Below are positions 53,563 to 64,000 of a stretch of 64,000 nucleotides of DNA, piece after piece (the first letter of the stretch is position 1; each line of letters opens with the position of its first letter). The notes under the pieces were generated by a model. It was given only the letters and a program-made list of their open reading frames with translations. It had not been told where the DNA came from and ran no database searches. Made by a program: the position numbers and the translations under genes. This stretch comes from Trichoplax adhaerens (Eukaryota > Animalia > Placozoa). The DNA lies in the NCBI RefSeq assembly GCF_000150275.1, contig NW_002060953.1, forward strand, positions 1,810,310 through 1,874,309. The letters are read 5' to 3'.

Positions 53563-56500
53563 TAATGAATGGTGCACGAGAAATACTTTATGTCTTGTAC
53601 AATGAAGAATGTATTAGGCTGACAAGTGCATATATCAAGAACGGTTAGAAATGCACCGGTATAAATCAAGGAAATAAAAATGCAGACTCTATTATAAGTA
53701 GACTGTACAAATGTTGAGATACAGCACTCAGATTATCAATGCAGCTATTTCCTCATTTGTAAAGCTATTTTAAGGTCAGAATGCAATAGAAAATAGTAAA
53801 CATTAATATAAAATGATGGCATACAATAAATGATATTAGGATATATTGCTAATGCTAAGATGATCATCTTGGAATACGATTACTGAGATATCATAGTCGT
53901 AGCTCTGAAACTCAGCTATTTCCTTTACATCGAAAATGCTAAGTTTTATTCGTGTGGATCTTCCTTAATGCTATTTCGCTAAGATAACGTGGATATTGTA
54001 TTAAACGGAAAACGACTTATAGTCTAAAAATTATATTGGTTTATAAATTAATTATTAGAACGCCATTTGTCATGTAATTTAATTTGATATGGCCTTACAG
54101 ATAAGAATGTCGACTACATATTTAGCTTTTAATAAGTTTAAAATACACGCAATCTACTATTCTCCATCGTTATAATCGATCCATCTTAGAAATTGGCAAG
54201 AGGATAAGCTCTGTTTCCATTTATCTTATAAGGTAAAGTAAATATCTCAGACAGAGTAGGAGCTGATAAATTACCAATCCATGTAATAGATGTTGTAATC
54301 TTAGTTTGTAATCGCGTACGCTTTAGAGTGTAAATTACGCGTAAAGGACGCATCAGTCTTGCTGTACGCACGTGTCGATACGAATACTTGGATTTAAATA
54401 TTATAATATTGAACTATTACAGAGTCAGTTGGTTTCTCAGAGCTAGCATTTACGGGCAATGTAGTTAATAGAGAATTAAAGTATTACTTAACTGAAGATC
54501 ATCAAGTTGTTGTGAGCTAGGAGATCGAACATATCCTCTATCTGATAGTCAGAGTACCTCATGAGCTATCCCCAGCTTCGTCTCATAACGGTATAACGAA
54601 CAGTAACAATAGCCTCTTTATAACATAGGTAACTGACAGGTATAATTAATCAGACGTTGAATAATCTGAATCTGAAGCTGAACATTTGAGTTAGGTATAT
54701 AGAATCAATGCCAAAATATATTAGATCAATCATACTTTAATAAGCATCGATTAGTATCTTATTGGTGTTTTTGTATGATATCAATGGTCAATTCGTAGAA
54801 ACTGGCAGCAATGAAATGAGTAAGTTAACCTATGCAAAGTTTAATAGCCAAATTCCTATCCTGTGGTAGGGCATATTAATTGCCTGCTTTTATTGCAACA
54901 GCTGCACATCATATATAGTGTCATGTCAATAGCGATCGAGTATATGAGCAAATTAAAATCTAGCTGCAGTATCTTCTCAGAAAATAAAGTATTTCCATCA
55001 ACATACATTATAATATAAACTTGCATTAGAGTCCTACTTAGAGATGCCTATTAATTATACAAAGAACCACACCTATAATGATTGAGGTTATGTACCTATT
55101 AAGATTTAACCGCAGAATTATCTCAAGCATTAAAGTATTTCAATTTATAATTGTTATACCAAAACCCGCAATAAGGTTTCACAGAAAAGAGCGATTATAA
55201 TCTTCGGGAATCTACTAGATTATTTTAAAAATACTTAAGAATCATGGTAGTGTTACATTGTGATGACTAAGTTTCCTACCCAGTATTCATTTGGAAAGCT
55301 GTCATACCTAGAAACTATAAACAAAATTAATTTATGATGTACAGGCTATAACGAAGCCTGTATTAATTAATTCTATTTATTTTGGCTTCATTCGATGGAA
55401 TAAATAAAAAAATTATTGGCCACCTATCGTGTTCTTACAGAATATGTCTCGGCAAGTCCCATATTATCATGAGCCGATTGCTTGTAATCTTGTTAAATTT
55501 ACGCTACCAAAGATTTGTTGACATTATAATTATGATTTTGCATGACTGATTAAATTATTGTGTAGGATATCTATCTTGCGATGCTGGCTAATAGGAATCC
55601 ATATTATGTATTATGGTTAGGTGAGCATATAGAAGCATCACGACTTTTGGAAATTGAGAATCTAAGATAGGGCTTCCTATAAAAATTGTCACCTATAGAA
55701 TAAGACTCATCGCTAGATTTATGAAAGCTTGTTTATGCATAGAACGTACGAGCTCATCATGAAAAATTGTTTACAAAGGCACAACCAGTCACATCTAGAT
55801 GATATCTACGCGTTGATATTAGGTGAAAAGGTAAAATAAAAAATTAAGTAATGCAGTAACTAGTTCTAGCCTTCTAGTAAACTGTTATGAATATCTACAT
55901 AGGCATTACTAAGGACTATTTTACCTGTTTTATGTTGTTATTAATCAGTATATTTTAATTAAGAATTAAATAAAAGGAATGATGCCAAGGTTGGGGCTCT
56001 TAATAACATTTTGATCGTACATAATTATAATTTGGAAATTATGATTAATGGTCATGCAGCTTTAGCGGGTTGTTACTATTAATTCTCTCGAAAAAATGAT
56101 TATAGCCGTTTTATCTATGTTCTATAACTAATAATATGTTTGGATAAAAAATCAGAAAGAAAGGATTAAAATCCAGACTCAATTAATAATGTCTAGACGA
56201 CAGGAAAATAGCTGATCTAGGACAAAAAAATGGTTATATTTAGTACCCGCTGGCTTTAATTATACGTCATTATTAATGGCAATATCCTAGTCATCTGACT
56301 ACTTTCTACATCTTAAGTAACTATAGATGGATGTAATTGGATTATAATTAAATTAGAAGGAAAGTGTAAAATCTAGTCGAAATAGTACAGTAGCATATAA
56401 AAGGCCTATTGGTTTCTCTTTCTATGATACTATAGACTAGATTACACAACTTTAACCGTAAGCCCCATTGCAGTATCATCCAGACGTAGGCTACTATTCC

Positions 56501-58852
56501 GATAATCGAACTTTTATATGAACATCAAATCACAACGAATTCTTATACTAGATCGATAAATACAGCCAAAGAATACAACTAAAATCGGGCTATAATAGAT
56601 TAGAAATGATCCGATCGCATACATCATAGATCCGAACTGTTCTATAAAATTTTGATTTATGTATTTTAGCAGTTATAAGCTTCTATAGTATCACTGGTCA
56701 GCAGAGATTTAGTTTACACTTAATATTGGCTACGGTATTTAATAATTACATCAGGATCTTTTATAGCAGCTTGCTTTGATTGCTACTTCTTTATAATGTG
56801 AATGCTTATATCCTTATAACAAGATTGATATATCTTTTCGAGTTAAAAAAGCACCCTTATAGTTATTATGTGGTTATCATGACCTGTTGACTTGAATAAG
56901 ATGCAAAATTAAGACAATAAAATAGTTATAAAACATCAATTGATCATAATTTTCGTAATTTTATACTAGAATTGTTGACTGATTTGATTGATGATCTGAG
57001 AATCGTTATTACGTAAATATCGAAGAAAAAAAAATTGGAAAAGCGCCTCCTATTATTAACATTTCGAATATTTTCCCTTTTAACTTTTTGACCAAAATAG
57101 ACATAGATCATCCCTAATTATATAGTCTAAATTTCAAGTAAGAAGGGAATTTAATAAATACAATAAAATAGATTAAAGTCGTCATAATAAAAATATAACA
57201 AAAAAGTAGCATTAAGTAAAATAAATGCCAAAGTAACGAGCTTAAAAATAAAATGAATTTGATGGTGGAGTAGAATATGTACAGCTGATATTAAACAAAA
57301 AAGCTGCCCAAATTGAATGGAATAATTAGAATGAAATTAGCTATCATCCAATGCCTAATCGACTTACAGTTATTAAGAGGGCTAAATAAGCCTGTAAGGA
57401 TGTAGAAAATCTTCAGCTTAGCAGGTATAGCAATGATTTTCCCCAATACTCCCGCCAATTACATTACCTCTTGTAGCTTGTCGTAGGCGTTGGTAATGTC
57501 ATCAACATTTAAATTTACAACCTATCGTCTTGTAAAGTAATCACAACAATTGAATCATTAAAATAAATAATCTCATCAAGTTCATATCCTCTGAAATTCT
57601 TAATTCATATTAAAAAAATAATCAATCAACTGATCTGCTACATCTAATTTATTAAATCCATCACCACATTTATTAACTTGCTTACCAGGAAAATCTTTTA
57701 CTTAAATTTTAGCATTACATTGCTAGAATAAGTCAAGGACTATTTAGTAGCTATAGTATTCAGAGTTCTATTCTTTAGCCATCAGCTGAAACGATATTAA
57801 GAACGATGATAGTATATCATAATGTTGTTGGATAGGTTATGTTAAAGCTATATTGTGTAGGCTATTTGAAAATAAGAGTATATACCTATTAATTATCAAA
57901 ATACGGTACTAAAACCGGATATTGTGCATAAATTTACAATGAACAAATCGTTTTAGGGTTCACGCATCATCTTTTGACTAGATCGAACAGATTATTATTT
58001 ATTCTACTGGTATATGGATAGTAATCTTAATAATTCAACAGCTAATTCTTAACGACTAAATTAGTAAACAATATAATAACCATGAAATCTTCTAACTAAT
58101 TCTAGAAAACTGCTCAGCTAGACGTTCATTCATAGAATCATTTTATAATATAACCTATTATCGGTTATTATCAATCGGATTTTATATCGTAATACGAGTA
58201 GTAACTTTGCATTTAGTAGGTATGGCATAAATATACAGAATATTTGGTGCTTTATTTGATTTCTGGTCAAAAATATATTATCTTTTAGTATAGTTTCAAT
58301 TATTATACGCGCACTTTTAAGCAATGCAACTGCCAGTTCAGTTAACTCTGTTCTATACCAGAAGTGTTTTTCGTAAGCAAGCTATGTACAGACTCCGTTC
58401 GTACTAACTATCTAGTTAAAGAAGTGTGGTACTATAATCGAGGGGATAGGAGCTTTAATTTGTTGCCATACTAAGAGATTTCGTTCTATCTTTTAAATTC
58501 CTTAACGTAAGTACACAATAACTTTAACTCAGAAGTTGTGACGAATTGAATTAACTTTGCTCTATATAGAAGTCATTTTTATGCTGTTGAGATAGTCTAC
58601 TCAATAACAAACATCATCTTTGAAGTATATGAGACTCTTATACGCAAGATTTGCTAATTTATTTGATTTCTGATCTGAAAAATATCGTCTTCTAGTAAAT
58701 TATATATCAGATTTTTAGGCTTTAAAGCAAAAGTAATTACCAGTTGAATTAACTCTACTTCATATTAGAATTATTCGATTTAAGCAGGCAGTGTATAGGT
58801 TATGCTATGAAACCTATTTTATTGACAATAATATTGCCAATCTATGTCAAAA

Positions 58853-58951
58853 NNNNNNNNNNNNNNNNNNNNNNNNNNNNNNNNNNNNNNNNNNNNNNNN
58901 NNNNNNNNNNNNNNNNNNNNNNNNNNNNNNNNNNNNNNNNNNNNNNNNNNN
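58853..58951. other. Assembly gap (99 N)
   Basis: Run of N. Confidence 0.99.
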
Positions 58952-60165
58952 GCTGTGTTGTGAACTTATTTTATTTGCGGTAATATTAACTTTATAACAA
59001 TGGATTATAGTGCAATTTTATAGAAGAATGATTTAACTTCTAGCTTAAAAGATATTATCTCCAATGCTGTTAAAAGTATATATTTTAAACTAGAGAAGCA
59101 GCAATTGTTTGCTGAATCAACTCTAATTTATGCAAGAATTACTAGAGTAATAGAGACAATCTGCTAACAATTTATAATCATCGAGGAAATTTCGAACTTT
59201 ATTTGACTTCTTGCTTACAAGATGTCACCATTTAATCCACTTGAAATTTTTTAATACTTTTTTAAACTAAAGAAAAGAATCATGATAACTGAATGAACTC
59301 TATTAATTATGCACTATGACCTACAGTATGTTGTTTTTGTTACGTTGATTACTCTAAAGGTATTATCTCGGAATTCCCTAACGGTGGTTCCATTTTACGT
59401 GGAAATAACGATCTTGACGAATTTAACGTACTATATCTATACTAAAACCGGTAGATATCTTTCAACAAGGTACATGTAATGCTGAATAAGTTCACTACAT
59501 ACAGTCATAATTTGTGCTCTTTTAGTCGGGGTCAATTAGCCAGCAGCGAATAATTAATACGAGCAAGCAATGGTAGGCTCAACAATTTAAATATTAACTT
59601 TATTATCATGAATGCTATGTAGACATAACAATGTCATCATGAACCCGGCAATACATTACTATAATGAAGATGTGACAATAATACTGTATCATTCAGTTAT
59701 GTTCCACGGTACAATATGATATTGATCGAATTCTTAATCGATTATACTACAGTATACGATACCTACGAATTGAATGATTACATTGCAGTAATATACGAGA
59801 TTATACAACATGCACTGCACCAGAATTACAATTTATGGCTAAAATAAAGATAAAGTGATATATCATTAAAGCTAGCCAATTTCACTAAGTTAAGTGAAGG
59901 AATAAATAACACCAATACAGATTCTACGATAACACAGTATCATCTACCTTAATAAAGCCCAAAAGTTGATCAACTTTTTGTATTAATCAATATTACTATA
60001 TTATTATAGAGCAGACAACAAAGGAATAACTAGTAACGACAAATAATAACTAATTTAAGAGATGTAGAAATTACTAAAATATGATAAAATGAGTTATGCT
60101 CGGTTATGGCGTAATTTTAATTAAGCAAACTTTGAATATGTAACATCTCTATGAGATGATCTAGA

Positions 60166-60245
60166 AGAAATGCAGAATCATCCGTCAAAAATTTGAGAAG
60201 TCATATTTCTCTTTCAATTTCTGACATCATAGGACATCTACTTCT
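60166..60245 (-). promoter_or_regulatory. SECIS element (type II) in the SELENOT 3' UTR
   Basis: Minus strand reads A-UGAU GUCAGAAAUU G AAA GAGAA auaugac UUCUC A AAUUUUUGAC G-GA-U: non-Watson-Crick quartet, 10-bp helix 2, unpaired AAA, and a 5-bp apical mini-helix. Lower helix GUAGA/UCUGC. Lies ~110-185 nt after the stop codon. Confidence 0.92.
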
Positions 60246-60351
60246 AGCCAACCGACATAGAGACAACATTGAAGCCTGATTTTCACCACTAGCAAGATTT
60301 AAACTACTAGTGGATGGTTATTTTCTGTACATTGTACAACTTAGAAACGCT

Positions 60352-63300
60352 TTATATTGATTTGAATGAATATTGCTGTTGGATGATTTGTTGTAATTCA
60401 TCTGCTGAAGGTAGCCGTCCTGAATTTAATTTTGACCAAACATTGATACCTTCAAAGTATAGATTGATCAACGACAAAACGTAAATGATTAGCAAAGGTA
60501 AAATAATCACATCAGTACTAAAATTTACTGTCAACATGACACTTTCATATTTTATTACCAAGAAACAATTCATTAAACTTTATTGTGTACGCAACTTTAT
60601 TAAGAGTCATGCTAAATAGCTAATGTAACAAATATAAAGCAAGTTAATCTGCAACATTCATTCATGAAGGTATCATCATTGTCGGTGCCTTGAATAATAT
60701 TACATACTCCATATAAAAATAAAAGTAGTGCTAACGTTGACAGTATATTTACCATTTAATGTTACTTCAAAGGCCCCAGTTGATAAAAGCTGCTGTTCCA
60801 AACTGTTCAGTAAAAAAAATATGATCATGCAGGCAGTTATCTAGATAGAATTAAAGATAAAAGTGTTTAGTCTAATTCCCAAGCGGACTATTGTACTTAT
60901 ATAATCTGACTTGGAAGCGCAAGCAACCCTATTTTGATGAAGATTCTTCAAAAAGAGCAAATGGTTAGAAAACCTCCAAAAAACGAATATTTCGTGTGAC
61001 GTCATTGATACATTTGACATGATAATTATGAAATATGCTGCTCTTATTTTACTAAACTCTATCGATTTCGAGGATATATAAATGAATGTATAAATTAGAC
61101 TGAATGATAAAGACACTTGTGAAAGTTGAATGCTTAGACAACCTAAATCGTATATACTTTATCTATGGTCAATCGATACATTTATTACCCTTTACGATCA
61201 AAACATAACAATTGTGAAATAAGCTGGACTTATCCTACTAAACTCTATCGATTTCGAGGATGTACAAAATATTGTATTAGCTTACATGATGACGACTCTT
61301 CTAGATAGTTAAATCGTTACATAACCTAAACCGTATATTTGTCTATAGTCGATTAATGCATTTTACTACCCTTTACGAGTAAAACACGACAATATGAGAA
61401 AAGTTGGATTTATACTACTGAACTCTATTGATTTCGAGGATGTACAAAATATTGTATAAATTAGACTGAATGATCAAAACTCTTCAAGAAAGCCAAATGG
61501 TCAGATAAACTAAACCGTATATTTTGTCTGTCGTTAATTGATACATTTGTTACACTTTACGAATAGAACATGACAACGATGAAATACACTGCATTTATCC
61601 TACTAATAATATCAATCGATTCCGAGGCTATACAAATGATCTTATAAATCAGACTGAACTTCAGAAAAGAATATCCATAAATATACCTATGCAAACCTTT
61701 GTGAGTTACGTACTACCATACGTTATCGATACAATAGCAGCATAATATACTATGTAGTAACAGTTAACCGCTAACAAGGCATCACTTTCCATCCCAAACA
61801 TGTCGTATCCTGCAACTGGGAAAAAGGAATAGTTTTACTTACTTTATTTTCGTTTGCCCAAAGGTAAATAGAGGGACGTCCTAAATTGAATCCATCTAAC
61901 AAACGCTCAGCAAATCCACTGACTAGTAAACCAATCAGGGCTAATTTAAACGTGTTGATGAACCGCGATAATAGTACACGACTTGCCGGTGGGGGATAAA
62001 CGTCTCCTTCTACATTAATGCTAGGAAAACTTGATTGCAGAAACTGAGAGTACTGCTGGAATGCATTCCGGTAACCTCAGGAAGCACTATCCATTGCAAA
62101 TCGTTGATATCATTGGAACAGATGGTAAAAAAGGAGAAAAAAATAAGATTTTTGTCCTATACGCCGAAATGATATCGTTCATCACATCAAATTTACAATC
62201 TCTTACATAACTTTATGTCAATTTATTACTTTAACGAAAAGACGTAGTGGTTACATTACGTCATTTCAAACAGTACATCCTAGAGGAATTATTGTAGAAA
62301 TTTTTAACACTGTTGGCAGCTATTTGATCCATAAGTCGAGAAATATGGATAATTATTATATTAATGTTATCATCTATTGCTCACTAATAATCAAAACACT
62401 AGGCATACACACAACAATAGGCAATTATTCAGTATTCATTAAACCATTGGTAAATTTCATGTCTATTTCCAAGATATCTATTAGAAAATCATGCTCACTC
62501 AAGGCTTACGCTAAATCCCCTCCAATCGATATTTCGTTTTATTTTATACAAGAACATCTATCAGTCATAAAACTTTCAATTTCATCAATAGTAGAGTAAT
62601 CCATGGGAAAATATTGGGTTCTAGGATCCTACTTGTATTGTGACGACAAGTACAGTCTGAGGAATTAATTTGAATTCTATTTGATCAGCTCTCGCTTGAA
62701 CGTTGCTATAACTATTCTATTGCTGCATGATGACAGGTGCTTTCAACTGTAGCCTACTGTATATTTAGGGTATTTATCTCTATCTGGAGCCAATTTCATT
62801 TCTGCACTCTAAAAATGTGATTATAATCATGACAAAAGTCTAACGTGGCTAGACGGCGTATTATTAAAGGCTTAAATGAATAAGACGGCGGGCAACGATA
62901 TTATTCCACACCTAGAATAACGACACTGAAAGCAGGCTTTTGTTGGTATTGTAGTCTAACACTTTAATTAAGGGGAAAGAAGTGGCAAGTAGTAAAGGCC
63001 AGATATCAATTTATCAAGATTGCGGTAAATCTTTTCAGGCGTAGAATTCAATCTTGAGATTGTTGATGACTTGAGCCAATACGTTAACCTTGTATTTCAA
63101 TTCATTCTAATGTTGGGCAAAGTCGAAGTAGACTGTTTACTCAATTATTCTATTGAGAGTAGGCTGTTAAAAAAGTAACCTAAGCAAAGAGGAAAAACTC
63201 TTTCTTTAGAACTACCCTTTGGAGTTGAATGCTTACTCTCGCCAAGTCTCTCGAGCACTAGCTGTAGTCGGTATGGTATAGGTTGACAAGATTTTTCTCC

Positions 63301-64000
63301 ATCCTCTGTCCACTATCCAATAAACTACCCCCATATGTGTCAAGTTCAATAACAATTAAATTGTTCTATTGCGTGTAACCATCCAATTTACGTCTCATGA
63401 TTGGGTCTATCTCCCGTGAATATCTAAAAAAGAATACTGCATCATCCATGCTGACTAAAGAGTGAATAGATACAAACTATCTATCCTGTAATTCATTGAC
63501 AAGGCCTTGGTTGTCCCTCCATATTCCCCTGTCACAATGTCATCACTCACAACACGTTCGCTGGATATCTCCTACTATAAGATAGGATAGTACGATAAAA
63601 TGGAAAAAGTTCAGCTTTGAACTACTGTAATTCATTGAAAAGGCCTTGGTTATCCTCAATATTGCCCTGTTCCAATACGCGTGTCATCACTATTTCTCTT
63701 GCAAAACGTTCACAGGAAATCTCCTACCATGGGATAGGATAGTACGATACAGTGGAAAAATTTCAGCTTTGAACTACTAGGACAAAAAATAGAGCCGATA
63801 TTCATGCCATGAGTAGTGCAATGGATTTTTGATTTTTTTTATTACCACAAAAAATGGAAAAGTCCCTGGCAGCGCTTATGAAAGAGTCAATGAAAATTCT
63901 GGACAGGCTCTTTGAAAATTGTGGCAAAAATGACTCAAACAGGCATCTATGAACGACTTTTTCTTAGCTAAAACTTACCAGTATAAGATTTTAATGGTAG
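60352..64000 (-). CDS. SELENOT: Selenoprotein T (thioredoxin-like, CxxU), 5'-partial; exons >64000-63979, 62086-61843, 60840-60753, 60449-60352; Sec UGA at 62079-62077
   Basis: Spliced translation ..TIKILYC-ASUGYRNAFQQYSQFLQSSFPSINVEGDVYPPPASRVLLSRFINTFKLALIGLLVSGFAERLLDGFNLGRPSIYLWANENK-ITACMIIFFLLNSLEQQLLSTGAFEVTLN-GINVWSKLNSGRLPSADELQQIIQQQYSFKSI* matches SelT hallmarks (CxSUGY, EGxxY, WxxENK, STGAFE, VWSKLxSGxLPS). GT-AG introns are in matching phases (2, 0, 1), and a SECIS lies downstream. Confidence 0.95.
61015..61659. repeat. Intronic tandem repeat, ~3.4 units of 180-186 bp (SELENOT intron)
   Basis: tact.aactctat.gatttcgaggat at ~61050, 61236 and 61416, with a variant at ~61601. Confidence 0.9.
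63487..63778. repeat. Intronic direct repeat, 2 units of ~140-150 bp (SELENOT intron)
   Basis: ctgtaattcattga.aaggccttggtt ... gataggatagtacgata..tggaaaaa.ttcagctttgaactact occurs twice. Confidence 0.9.

Noticed and set aside
60450-60573. Hydrophobic N-terminal part of the 73-aa ORF 60352-60573
   Set aside because: Intronic; only 60449-60352 is the SELENOT terminal exon.

Overview
AT-rich eukaryotic genomic DNA with GT-AG introns, from an animal. The compact AT-rich sequence, intronless rhodopsin-GPCR array and MADDDV actin suggest an early-branching metazoan such as a placozoan; this is an inference. Contents, left to right: (1) a 4-coding-exon CARD + Death-domain adaptor (RAIDD/CRADD-like architecture, minus strand). 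(2) A ~41 kb co-oriented array of seven intronless class A GPCRs. The first four have lost the DRY arginine, W4.50 and the NPxxY tyrosine and carry Asp at 6.44; the last three keep DRY. (3) A cytoplasmic-type actin gene on the opposite strand inside the array, with TATA, CCAAT and a palindromic CArG box, flanked by several tandem-repeat families. (4) A 3-exon gene for a secreted, probably GPI-anchored protein with two Frizzled-CRD-like domains. (5) The 3' part of a selenoprotein T gene that the ORF track largely misses: in-frame UGA in a CxxU motif and a type II SECIS in the 3' UTR. There are two assembly gaps. Exon models were assembled by hand from splice signals and reading-frame phase; no database searches were run.
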